DNA of 64,000 nucleotides from an uncultured Acidobacteriaceae bacterium (GCA_963712295.1 CAVQHM010000029.1:63704-127703); one strand, 5' to 3'; counted from the first letter of the stretch, positions 18,904 to 28,102 are shown. Program-made: numbers and translations. Notes: generated from the letters alone by a model not told the origin.

Positions 18904-19827
18904 CTACGAAGTGGATGCGGCACGCGCGCGTTTCGATTGCGCCAGCACTTCGAGGCTGGGGAAGGATTTCGCGATCGTGAATGTGCGCTCGGGCGGCAGC
19001 GTGCCTCTGGCAATCGCTTTCGCCATCATCTCGATCGCCTGATCCGCATTGGGCGGAATGAGAATTGTGGCGGTCAGCAGCTTGCTGCGCACCCACTCTT
19101 GTCCGGTCTTGGGAAGTCCGTCGCAACCGAGAAACGCCATCTTGTGCCACTCCTTCCGCAATTCGCTGCATTCCTCGAAGGCTCTGCGGGCTCCCATGGC
19201 CATGGAATCGTCCTGCGCGCAAACTGCCTCAATGTGCGCCTGGCGCGAAGTGGAAAGACAGAGGAACGAACTGACTGTTTTGTGGGCGCTGGCTTCGGTC
19301 CAATGGGCTTTCAGGACGCGAAGTTTCACGTTCTCGGACTTGGCTTCGAGCAACCCGGTGTAGCGCTGCTTGGCGGCCGAACTATCGGGGGGGCCTTGAA
19401 CGTAGAGAACGATTCCGCCTGCGGGCAGCAGGGCGGACAGTTGCTGTCCCTGGATGCGGCCGATCTCTTCGTGGTTGGAAGTAATGGCAAACGCCGGCAC
19501 ATGGGAACGGCGGCGAAGCTCGGAGATGTAATCGGCATTCGAATTCAGCAGCGCCACTCCAATGCCAGCGTCGGCAGCGGCACGCGCGACCTGGGGATGC
19601 GCGGTAGACCCGGCGGGTTCGAAGAGGATGGCGTCGGGCCGCGGAGCGTTCGCGGAATGAATGCTGGAGAGAAGTTGCTGGCTCTGTACGATGCCGTCGT
19701 TGCCAGCGTAGACGATCTGGAGCTCAACCCCCAGTTTGGCGGCTGCGTAGCGCGCAGCGGAAGCCTGCTCGATCTGGTAATCGTTATCGTCGTTGGTCAG
19801 CGACAGCAGGAAGCGCAGCTTCTTCAT
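18904..19827 (-). CDS. Periplasmic-binding-protein (sugar-binding/LacI-type) domain protein lacking signal peptide and HTH
   Basis: 307 aa. Alternating beta-alpha pattern and motifs (ILFEPAG, VALLNSNADY, IVLYVQGP) typical of the Peripla_BP fold. No partner ABC genes are nearby. Confidence 0.6.
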   Translation of the reverse strand: MKKLRFLLSLTNDDNDYQIEQASAARYAAAKLGVELQIVYAGNDGIVQSQQLLSSIHSANAPRPDAILFEPAGSTAHPQVARAAADAGIGVALLNSNADYISELRRRSHVPAFAITSNHEEIGRIQGQQLSALLPAGGIVLYVQGPPDSSAAKQRYTGLLEAKSENVKLRVLKAHWTEASAHKTVSSFLCLSTSRQAHIEAVCAQDDSMAMGARRAFEECSELRKEWHKMAFLGCDGLPKTGQEWVRSKLLTATILIPPNADQAIEMMAKAIARGTLPPERTFTIAKSFPSLEVLAQSKRARAASTS

Positions 19828-19925
19828 ACCATGGTTGCGTCTGGGCCATCATACCCCGAGGCGGTGTGGGTGGCGTGTGACGGTGGTAACCCGCCCTCGC
19901 CGCGAATGTGTAAGATATGGATGCA

Positions 19926-20001
19926 GGGCCCGTAGCTCAACGGTTAGAGCAGCAGACTCATAATCTGTTGGTTCCTGGTTCGAATCCAGGCGGGCCCACC
20001 A
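19926..20001 (+). tRNA. tRNA with CAT anticodon (elongator Met, or Ile2 if lysidine-modified), CCA encoded
   Basis: Acceptor GGGCCCG/CGGGCCC, D arm GCTC-AACGGTTA-GAGC, anticodon loop CTCATAA, T arm CCTGG-TTCGAAT-CCAGG. It lacks the three G-C pairs of initiator tRNA. Confidence 0.9.
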
Positions 20002-20281
20002 GGCGCCCTGCAGTTGACAAATTTTCAAGCCTTGGTTTTCCTAACGCTACGTAACATCGCACCTGCTACGTCGGCCAGCGGTCGTTCGTACGTCAACTGG
20101 ATCCCGCTCTATTTCCGCCTAGACGCTCGCGGACCCCTCCTCGACTTGCGAGGACCGGCGCGATAGCTCTTCGGCTTCGGCCTTTGCTTCTTCTTCTTTT
20201 CCGGCTTGCTTTCTACAATTTCTTCTTCCACGAGCCGATACTCTCACTCCGTGAATACAAACCGCTTGATCGCCAGCCTAC

Positions 20282-20500
20282 TTAGATGCCTTCGAGCGAC
20301 GTGTGTCCGACGCGAGTTAAGGGAAGCTCGTGCTCGTTGTGCCGCAGCTTCTCGCCGCAGTCGATCAGGTCGTTCAACTCGCTAAGCGACACGTTGTACT
20401 CGCGGTTCGGGGCAACCTTGATTCTGATGTTGGACGTATCGAGTACTGTCATTGAAACGCTGCCGTGCTTGAAAGTTGTCATGTCTAATTCTATGTCCAC
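20282..20500 (-). CDS. Hypothetical small protein (72 aa) in a lower-GC stretch
   Basis: ORF only; no family recognised. Confidence 0.4.
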   Translation of the reverse strand: MDIELDMTTFKHGSVSMTVLDTSNIRIKVAPNREYNVSLSELNDLIDCGEKLRHNEHELPLTRVGHTSLEGI

Positions 20501-20529
20501 GAGTCAACTCCTCGGCTAGAATACGTCAC

Positions 20530-21020
20530 ATGAAAAGTGCTCACATCCTCCTTCTGGTATTTCTATCTGGGTTCGGAGCGGCGACGCACGCCTACGCCAC
20601 TGACGGCCGCCTGATGACTGACGCCAGTACAAGCGTTTCCTGATTGAGGTGGACGGCAAATTACCTGTGTGGGAAGCCGCGTTGAAGAAGGTCGATCCTT
20701 CGAAGTCCGATGCCTCCTACGCAGTGGGTGAGAAGGTCGTGCAATTCAGAGATCTCGGTCTGGCGCAGGTTGAGTATGCCCGTCAATTCGTTTTCAAGCA
20801 GCGCATAAAGCGCACCGTGTCCGGCGAACTCGCTCTCGAAAGTTTCTTACGCGGAATCTTCGACTCGATGGATTCCATGATGATAACGGAGGTCTCAGCA
20901 GGTGTAACGATCTCTGCTGAACTAGACGCCTTCGCGCCACAAATCAGTAAGCTCGAAGTCTCAATCTCTAATGATGTCACGGCGCGAGTCGAACTCCTGG
21001 AGAAGGGCACCTGCCCTTGA
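20530..21020 (+). CDS. Hypothetical secreted protein, apparently split by a 1-nt deletion near 20623..20626
   Basis: The signal-peptide ORF MKSAHILLLVFLSGFGAATHAYA stops at 20641. The other frame reads QYKRFLIEVDGKLPVWEAALKK continuously into ORF 20649..21020. Confidence 0.5.
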
Positions 21021-21069
21021 GCCCGACGGTCACCCAGATCGCTCCTTAAAATCCTACCTCCCTCCGCCA

Positions 21070-22524
21070 TCACCCCACCGGCAAGCTAAAGTAAAACACC
21101 GACCCATGCCCCAGTTGGCTGGTAACGCCAAGCCGCCCTCCGTGGGCCTCCACGATGGCTTTGCAGATCGCCAGTCCCATGCCGGTGCCGTGGACTTGCA
21201 CCCGCTGATTGCGTCCGCGATAAAACTTCTCGAAGACCAGCGACTGCTCAAAGTCGTCGATGCCTGGCCCGCGATCGGCAATGTTGATGGTAAGGGTCTG
21301 TTCCTTCGCTTCCGCGGTGATGCGGATGGGAGCATCGGCGGGGGAGTACTTGGCGGCGTTCTCGATCAGGTGCACCAGGACTTCCTTGATGTGAGCGGAA
21401 TCCATGCGCGCGTTGGGAAGGCCGGCGGGGATTCTGACGTCCACGGGATGCTGGACGAGAAGTTGCTTCAATTCGTCAATCGCTTCCTCGACCGCGTTGC
21501 CAATGGGCGCGGATTCGAAGCGGAATTCCACCTTGTTGGCATCCAACTGCGCCATCTCAGCGGCTTCTCCGACCAGCCGGTTCAGCCGGTCGCTCTCCTC
21601 GTTGATGATGGTCAGCAGTTCCTGCCGCTCTTCCGGCGAATGGCCCGGGCTGCCCAGCAACGAGGTCACCGACGCCTTAATGGCGGTAAGCGGAGTGCGA
21701 AACTCATGCGTGACCGAATCGAGCAGCACCGAGCGCAACTGCTCGCTTTCGCGCGCAGCCTCGGCGCGGCTCAGTTTTTCGACGGCGCCTGCGCGCTCGC
21801 TCGATATGGCCACCAGGCTCCCGATAGCCTCCAGGGTTTGCCGCGAAAGCTCTCTGCCCGAGACGCCCATGCAGCCCACCACGCGCATGCCCATGCGGAG
21901 TGGCATGAAGGCCAGTTCATGGGCAGCATCGAATCGGGGTTCACCGCGCAGGCAGACCAGCTGAAGATCGCGCGATTCCAATCCATCGATGCTGGGTCCA
22001 GAGCGATAAACGTCGCTGCGGCTCGACAACGAAATCGCCGCCGACCGGATGCCGAACGATTCGACGATGTAGCGGGGAATCAAGTTCAACAACTCGGCCG
22101 GGTTGTCGCTCGAAAGCAACAACTGGCTGAAGCCGTAAAGACGTTCCAGTTCCTGCTGGCGCTCGACGGCAGCGCGCGTCCCTCGCCGGGCGCGGGCCGA
22201 TAGTTCGCTGGCCGTGACCGCGGTGACCAGGAAGGCGAACAGTGCGATCCAGTTCTGCGGGTCGGCGATGGTAAAGGTGCGGATCGGAGGCAGGAAGAAA
22301 TAATTGAAAGCGAGGGTGGCAATCACCGACATGAAAATGGCCCGCCGCAGGCCCCAGAAAGTGGAGATTCCGAGGACGCCCAGCAAGAAAGCGAGAGCCA
22401 TTGTCGTCGGATTCAGATGAAGCCAGCGGTAGCCGACGAGAGTAGTTCCAGCGACCGTCAGCGCCGCAATCACGTATCCCGATACCAATCTGGCGGCGGC
22501 ATTCACGAGGCGATTGTATGACAA
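21070..22524 (-). CDS. Sensor histidine kinase corresponding to the C-terminal half of KdpD (DUF4118 membrane domain, GAF-like, HisKA, HATPase)
   Basis: Four TM segments, H-box SVTHEFRTPLTAI, and ATPase boxes HLIENAAKYS, DRGPGI and GTGMGLAICK. Confidence 0.88.
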   Translation of the reverse strand: MSYNRLVNAAARLVSGYVIAALTVAGTTLVGYRWLHLNPTTMALAFLLGVLGISTFWGLRRAIFMSVIATLAFNYFFLPPIRTFTIADPQNWIALFAFLVTAVTASELSARARRGTRAAVERQQELERLYGFSQLLLSSDNPAELLNLIPRYIVESFGIRSAAISLSSRSDVYRSGPSIDGLESRDLQLVCLRGEPRFDAAHELAFMPLRMGMRVVGCMGVSGRELSRQTLEAIGSLVAISSERAGAVEKLSRAEAARESEQLRSVLLDSVTHEFRTPLTAIKASVTSLLGSPGHSPEERQELLTIINEESDRLNRLVGEAAEMAQLDANKVEFRFESAPIGNAVEEAIDELKQLLVQHPVDVRIPAGLPNARMDSAHIKEVLVHLIENAAKYSPADAPIRITAEAKEQTLTINIADRGPGIDDFEQSLVFEKFYRGRNQRVQVHGTGMGLAICKAIVEAHGGRLGVTSQLGHGSVFYFSLPVG

Positions 22525-22528
22525 AGAC

Positions 22529-22624
22529 GAGGTCAGAGGTGAGAGGTCAGATTGCAGAGGTGAAATCCCAGGCGGTTTGTGTGATGGGTTTTAACCTCTG
22601 CAATCTGACCTCTTACCTCTGACC
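22529..22624. repeat. Family D hairpin between the divergent kinase and kdpD-N genes
   Basis: Arms 22529..22561 and 22594..22624. Confidence 0.85.
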
Positions 22625-22688
22625 TTGCTCACCCATGACCTCACTCACACATCGACAAACTCGAATCTCTCAACGACAATAATCGGCG

Positions 22689-23816
22689 ATGCCCAAGACT
22701 CCCGAGCAGTGGCTGGAAGAATGTTCGCCGGCGGCGAAGAAGGGAGGCCTGTTCAAGCTCTTTCTCGGATATGCCCCCGGCGTGGGCAAGACCTATACCA
22801 TGCTGACCGAGGCGATCCGCCGCCACAGTCGAGGCGAAGATGTGGTGATCGGAGTGGTCGAAACCCACGGAAGGAAAACTGTGGGCGAGTTTGTCGCAAG
22901 CCTGGAAGCCGTGCCGCGCAAAGCGATCGAGTACAAGGGCGCGGTCTTCGAAGAGATGGATGTGGACGCCATTCTCGCGCGCAAGCCTTGCGTCGCGCTG
23001 GTGGACGAACTGGCGCACACCAACATCGAGGGCAGCAAGCATCGCAAGCGCTACGAAGATGTGCTGGAACTGCTGGACGCGGGAATCGATGTTCTTTCCA
23101 CCATGAACATCCAGCACCTGGAGAGCGTGACCCCGACGGTGCAGGGAGTCACCGGGATCCAGGTGCGGGAAACCGTTCCCGACTGGGTGCTGCAAAGAGT
23201 CAACGAAGTGGTGATGATCGACCTGACTCCGGAGGCGCTCCAGAACCGCATGCGGCGCGGCGACGTCTATCCGCAGGAACGCGTGGGCCGGGCGCTGGAA
23301 AATTTCTTCCGCGAGACGAACCTGATCGCTTTGCGCGAACTGGCTCTGCGCCAGGTGGCTCAACAGGTGGATCTAAGCCTGGAACAGCACCGCGGAGAGG
23401 AAGAGAAAACTCGCGGGGCGGTTGCCATCCGCGAGCGCATCGCGGTATGCATCAGTTCAAACCCGGCGGCGCAGTATCTGGTGGCGCGCGGCGCGCGCAT
23501 GGCTCAGGCAATGAATGCCGAGCTTTTTGTCGTCTATACCGACTTGGGGCAGGACTCGAGCGAGGCCAATCAGCGAACCTTGAACGCCAATGTGCAATTC
23601 GCAGAAAACGTTGGCGCCTCGGTCGTGCGCCTGAAGGGAAAGAGCGTGGCTCATGCCGTCGCGGAATTCGTCAACGAGAAGCACATTACCCAGGTTGTCT
23701 TTGGACGCTCCGCCACCCGAGGCTGGAAGCGCTATTTCTATCTTTCCGCCATCCATCAATTCTTGCGCGATGCCCCGGCCGTCGACGTGCACATTGTGAC
23801 CCAGGAACCCGGATAA
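22689..23816 (+). CDS. kdpD: KdpD N-terminal sensor domain plus USP domain, stand-alone protein
   Basis: GYAPGVGKTYTML, VVETHGRKTV, DELAHTN, NIQHLESV and VTGIQVRETVPDW are collinear with E. coli KdpD residues about 20-380. It ends at TAA, 5 nt before kdpE. Confidence 0.9.
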   Translation: MPKTPEQWLEECSPAAKKGGLFKLFLGYAPGVGKTYTMLTEAIRRHSRGEDVVIGVVETHGRKTVGEFVASLEAVPRKAIEYKGAVFEEMDVDAILARKPCVALVDELAHTNIEGSKHRKRYEDVLELLDAGIDVLSTMNIQHLESVTPTVQGVTGIQVRETVPDWVLQRVNEVVMIDLTPEALQNRMRRGDVYPQERVGRALENFFRETNLIALRELALRQVAQQVDLSLEQHRGEEEKTRGAVAIRERIAVCISSNPAAQYLVARGARMAQAMNAELFVVYTDLGQDSSEANQRTLNANVQFAENVGASVVRLKGKSVAHAVAEFVNEKHITQVVFGRSATRGWKRYFYLSAIHQFLRDAPAVDVHIVTQEPG

Positions 23817-23821
23817 TCGTC

Positions 23822-24514
23822 ATGCCCGACCATAAACACATTCTGGTCGTCGACGATGAATCCCAGATCACGCGGGTGCTGCGGACTTCCCTGTCCAGTC
23901 ACGGATACGACATTCGCGTGGCCAACGACGGCGAGACTGCGCTCGAGATCATGAAAGACTGGTCGCCGGATATGGTCATCACCGACCTGGCCATGCCCAA
24001 CATGGACGGCCTGGAGTTGTGCCGGCGGCTGCGGACGAAGACGCAGATTCCCATCATCGTGCTCTCGGTGCGCGGTGAGGAGCGCACTAAGGTTCAGGCG
24101 CTGGATGCGGGCGCCGACGATTACGTCACTAAGCCGTTCGGCATGGAGGAACTCCTGGCGCGCGTCCGCGCCAGCTTCCGCCGCTCGCGCGCGAAAGAGT
24201 CGGAACTCGGACCAATCGAAGCGGGCGACTTCAAGATCGATCCCGGAGCCCGCAGCGTTTTGGTAAAGGACCGCGCCGTTCATCTGACGCCGAAGGAATT
24301 CGACTTGCTCGTGTTTTTCGCGCGCCACGCCGGCAAAGTAATAACGCATCGTGCCTTGCTCGCAGCCGTGTGGGGAGGCCAAAGCACAGAGCAAGTCGAA
24401 TATCTGCGCGTGTTCGTGGCACAGCTCCGCAAAAAACTTGAGCCCTCGCCAAATTCCCCTCGCTATATCGTGACCGATCCCTGGGTGGGTTACCGCTTCG
24501 AGCCCGGCGATTGA
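23822..24514 (+). CDS. kdpE: OmpR-family response regulator KdpE
   Basis: Receiver domain ILVVDDE...MVITDLAMPNMDG...DDYVTKPF and a winged-helix C-terminus LTPKEFDLL...GYRF. Confidence 0.9.
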   Translation: MPDHKHILVVDDESQITRVLRTSLSSHGYDIRVANDGETALEIMKDWSPDMVITDLAMPNMDGLELCRRLRTKTQIPIIVLSVRGEERTKVQALDAGADDYVTKPFGMEELLARVRASFRRSRAKESELGPIEAGDFKIDPGARSVLVKDRAVHLTPKEFDLLVFFARHAGKVITHRALLAAVWGGQSTEQVEYLRVFVAQLRKKLEPSPNSPRYIVTDPWVGYRFEPGD

Positions 24515-24528
24515 CCCGCTAGAACTCA

Positions 24529-24583
24529 CGCTAGGGAGAGCCGCCCCCGGCTGTCCAAGCCGAGCAACGCGCGGCAGCCGCCG
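24529..24583. repeat. Family E bipartite element after kdpE
   Basis: CGCTAGGGAGAGCCGCCCCCGGCTGTCCAAGCCGAGC... resembles the CGTAGGGACAGCCGCCCCCGGCTGTCCAGC units at 54177 and 56406. Confidence 0.7.
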
Positions 24584-24625
24584 TGTGGTCGCCAGCGCAT
24601 CGGGTCGGTCCGGCCCACCGGCCTT

Positions 24626-24690
24626 CCTTTATGACTTCCTTACGAACTCCTTACTCCCCTCTTATGGCGCCCTGAATCTAATCGAAATGG
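24626..24690 (+). promoter_or_regulatory. Candidate KdpE operator/promoter: four 7-bp direct repeats at 11-bp spacing, upstream of the porin gene
   Basis: TTTATGA-N4-CTTACGA-N4-CTTACTC-N4-CTTATGG. About 60 nt align with 28199..28262. Confidence 0.5.
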
Positions 24691-24907
24691 CACGGAAGAT
24701 GCCCCCGAACGCACCGGAATGATTTATTTCCTGCTCACGTTGATTGCGATGGCTGTGGCCTTTTTGTTGTGGTTCCTGTCGGCGCTTATCCGAGAGGGAC
24801 GGCAATTCCGGCGAAGAACGGGGAGCGCAACACGGGCCCAAGGGGGGCCGGTCAGCCGGCGTGGAGAACTGATCTTTATGAATCCAGGAACAACTCAAGA
24901 CAAGAGC

Positions 24908-26656
24908 ATGGGCAAGACGATAGGGAAGCGAACGCTACTGATGGTGCTGGGCGCATTGCTGTTTACGCTTCCACTGCACGGACAGCAAACCGTTTCTGAC
25001 GCGAATGGTAGCGCTGTCCCAGAGGGAACGACGCCAGACCGACCGATCCCGCCGGCCGTCATGAAGGAACTCGAAGCCATGAAAGCGCGGATCGCGCAAC
25101 TGGAGGCCCAATTGCAAAAGCAAAACGGGCAGACGGAGAAGGAATCCACCGCGAAAGGAATCGAAGCGGCATCCAAAGGCCCGAATGTTCCGGAGGTGAG
25201 CTTAGCATCTGCCTCGTCTGCGCAACCCTCCCTCACTCAAACGCAGAGCGTCGCCGAGACCGCACCGCCGGCCAACGCGCCTACCAAGCCAAAACAAATT
25301 GAACCATTCTCCGATTGGGACTGGACCTGGCTCAACGGCAACCCGCGCAATAAGGACGTTGCCTTTGATTCAAAATTCTTCACTCCGGAAATCCGGGCCG
25401 ATATCACCTACAACTACGATTTCAACAAGCCAATCGACAACTCGATAGGCGGGTCGAGTGAAATTTTTCGCTCCAACGAAATCCAGCTCGAACAACTCGG
25501 CCTCGGAGGCGATTTTCACTACGACAATGTTCGCGCTCGATTCATGACCCAATTTGGCATGTATTCCACGACCACTGTGCGTAATGACCCCAGTTACGCC
25601 AAGGGACAATGGAATATTAACGAGGCGCACCGGTACCTGGCAGAGGCCTACGGAGGCTATCACATCAATGCGTTGAATGGGATCAACGTCGACGCCGGCA
25701 TCTTCTTGTCTTACATTGGCCTGTTCAGCTACTACAACGCCGACAACTGGGCCTACCAGCCTTCCTACGTTTCCTCCAACACGCCATGGTTTTTCGAGGG
25801 CCTGCGGATACAGATTTTCCCCACGCCCCACTTGAAGATCGAACCCTGGATCATCAATGGCTGGCAATCGTACGCCTCTGCCAATTCGAGGAAGGGGTTG
25901 GGCGGACAGATCAAGTGGACCCCGAGACCATGGGTGAACATCATTTCCAACAATTACGGCCTGGGCCACGACGACTTATACATACCGAAGCGCGGCCGCA
26001 TCCACACTGATGACAGTATCGAGATCAAGTATTTCGACAAACCGGGACAGACGCTCGACAAGATGGCCTTCTCGTTCACCGGCGACCTGGGCTGCGAATT
26101 TGGCGGCGGGGTGAGCTGCCACGGGAATACTTCGGGCGGTCCCAAGCAGAGCTTTGTCGGCTTCATGCTTTATAACCGCGCCTGGTTCAAGAAGGATACA
26201 TACGGACTAACCATCGGAGGCGGCATGATCAACAATCCAGGACGCTATCTGGTCCTGCTGCCGCCCATTAATGGCGAGACGGCCCCCTCTGCGGCGATCA
26301 ACGCGCCCTACTTTACCGGGAATCCCGGCGATCCATTCAAGGCTTGGGATATGTCGGTCACATACGACTACATGCCCAGGCAGTGGCTCACGTTCCGCTG
26401 GGAATACGACTATCGCCACGCGAATGTCCCCTACTGGACGGGTCGCGGCGGAGTTACGCCGCCCGGTTCGGGTGGAGTGCCCTATACCAACAACGGCTAT
26501 CCCCAATTTTTCGCGTGCAACGACGGAAATTCGTCCATGGCAACGACACTCAGCGGCGCGCAAACCGCCTGCGGGGCGCAAGGCAGCACCGTATGGTTTC
26601 CCGATCTTCGCAAGAACGAGTCGCTGGTCGACATCGACATCATGGTGAAATTCTGA
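24908..26656 (+). CDS. Outer-membrane beta-barrel porin with N-terminal coiled-coil segment
   Basis: Signal peptide MGKTIGKRTLLMVLGALLFTLPLHGQQ, coiled coil MKELEAMKARIAQLEAQLQKQ, an aromatic-rich alternating pattern, and a terminal ...DIMVKF beta-signal. Confidence 0.75.
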   Translation: MGKTIGKRTLLMVLGALLFTLPLHGQQTVSDANGSAVPEGTTPDRPIPPAVMKELEAMKARIAQLEAQLQKQNGQTEKESTAKGIEAASKGPNVPEVSLASASSAQPSLTQTQSVAETAPPANAPTKPKQIEPFSDWDWTWLNGNPRNKDVAFDSKFFTPEIRADITYNYDFNKPIDNSIGGSSEIFRSNEIQLEQLGLGGDFHYDNVRARFMTQFGMYSTTTVRNDPSYAKGQWNINEAHRYLAEAYGGYHINALNGINVDAGIFLSYIGLFSYYNADNWAYQPSYVSSNTPWFFEGLRIQIFPTPHLKIEPWIINGWQSYASANSRKGLGGQIKWTPRPWVNIISNNYGLGHDDLYIPKRGRIHTDDSIEIKYFDKPGQTLDKMAFSFTGDLGCEFGGGVSCHGNTSGGPKQSFVGFMLYNRAWFKKDTYGLTIGGGMINNPGRYLVLLPPINGETAPSAAINAPYFTGNPGDPFKAWDMSVTYDYMPRQWLTFRWEYDYRHANVPYWTGRGGVTPPGSGGVPYTNNGYPQFFACNDGNSSMATTLSGAQTACGAQGSTVWFPDLRKNESLVDIDIMVKF

Positions 26657-26773
26657 TTGTGACAAGAAGGTAGTCCACATTTGGAGGAGGTTGTGTGTAA
26701 GACCTGATTTCTGTCATGCCGGTTCGAATCAGGTAGCCGTATCACGCCCCCATCACCTGTTCTAATCTCTAAT

Positions 26774-28102
26774 TTACGGCTGCGAGATCGCGGTGAAGCT
26801 CTCCAGCGCGGCCTGGCGAGCGCGCAGCCCTCTCAGTTCTTCTTCGCTGAGCTTTTCGGCGCAGCCTGCGACCGTCCGCATTCCGCGCTCGACGAGTATC
26901 CGGCGGAACTCCGGATCGGGCGTGGACGCGGCGATGTCACCGAGGGCCCGCAGCAACCGCAAGCTGACGGCCACGTCCGTCTTCGAATACATGCGGATCT
27001 GCTCAAAGGCTGCCTCCAGCAAGCGCTCGAAGTGGATCGACCCAATGCTGGCGCGAATGATGCCCGGTGGATCGTAGAGCAGGTCCTCCGGCGGTTCCCG
27101 GGACGCGAAGCGGATCAGAATGCGGCTCAGCTGATCGACGCAGTTGATGGCCGTGGTGGGGTCGTTGACGGCGGGCGAGATCGCCTTCAACGCCACATCG
27201 ACAATCTGCAGGACGCCAAACTCCACGTCCTGCTGCAACGTTCGCGTCGGGCCGAAGTCGAACGTAGCCAGCAACTCGGCGGTGCCTTCGGGTGAAAGGC
27301 GGTTCCCCTTGGAGACCATCATCAGCGGGATTCCCGCCGGAACGAAGTGGCCGACCCGACGCAGAACGCGGATCGTGACGTGATAGTGCTTCGCCAGGGC
27401 GACCACGCGTCGCGTATCGACGAAGCGGATGTAGCCGGAATCATGGCTCAAAACGGCCACTTCGCTCGGGTTGGGTCGAAGCGGTTCCGCATCGCTCAAG
27501 GCGTTCAACCGGTGCGGCCAAGGCATAATCTCATCGATCATGGCTTCCGTTTCTGCCGCGATTCTGTCGACGATATGATTGACGCTGATGGCCTGTGAGA
27601 TGTGATGAATGAAAAAGAGCAGCAAACCGACGCAGACCAGCGCTAGCACCATCGCGCCCAGGACGGTGGCTACAGGCGCGAAGGCGTGGGGAAGCGAGCG
27701 CGCCGCCGGAAGCGCCGCCATGCAATACAAGAAAGTGCCGAGGAAGATGCCGAGTGTCCATTGCGTCACGCGGTCCCTGGAAAAGCTGACGATGATGCGC
27801 GGAGAGAACTGCATCGAGGCCAGGGTGAGCGTCATCAACAGGATGGCGAACACGATCGACACCACGGTCATGATGGAGGCGGCGATGCCCGCCAGAATGA
27901 CTTGGGCGACTTGCGGGTCGGCGTGCGAGGGGAACAGGACCGTAGGTACCCAGGCGCTGGTAACCGGAAACACTTCTTCCAACCACGACAGGGATGCACC
28001 CGCGCAACCCAGCGTCAGCGCGATGGTGAGCGGACGAATCAAAAAGCCGCCACGCAGGTTGTACATGGCGTGGCGAAGCACCAGCGGTAGGCTTTTCCTC
28101 AT
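26774..28102 (-). CDS. DUF2254-like membrane protein
   Basis: Four N-terminal TM segments followed by a soluble domain of about 250 aa. The family assignment is from memory of DUF2254 architecture. Start chosen at MRKSLPLVL. Confidence 0.6.
   Translation of the reverse strand: MRKSLPLVLRHAMYNLRGGFLIRPLTIALTLGCAGASLSWLEEVFPVTSAWVPTVLFPSHADPQVAQVILAGIAASIMTVVSIVFAILLMTLTLASMQFSPRIIVSFSRDRVTQWTLGIFLGTFLYCMAALPAARSLPHAFAPVATVLGAMVLALVCVGLLLFFIHHISQAISVNHIVDRIAAETEAMIDEIMPWPHRLNALSDAEPLRPNPSEVAVLSHDSGYIRFVDTRRVVALAKHYHVTIRVLRRVGHFVPAGIPLMMVSKGNRLSPEGTAELLATFDFGPTRTLQQDVEFGVLQIVDVALKAISPAVNDPTTAINCVDQLSRILIRFASREPPEDLLYDPPGIIRASIGSIHFERLLEAAFEQIRMYSKTDVAVSLRLLRALGDIAASTPDPEFRRILVERGMRTVAGCAEKLSEEELRGLRARQAALESFTAISQP

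Noticed and set aside
22625-24514. 629-aa plus-strand ORF spanning the kdpD-N region and kdpE
   Set aside because: Only its last 230 codons (kdpE) are protein-like. The upstream part is an out-of-frame shadow of the kdpD N-terminal gene.
26690-26745. tRNA fragment or att remnant (GCCGGTTCGAATCAGG resembles a T arm)
   Set aside because: The T-stem does not pair (GCCGG versus CAGGT) and there is no acceptor or anticodon arm. The sequence is better explained as an 8-bp hairpin (ACCTGATT/AATCAGGT) between convergent genes.
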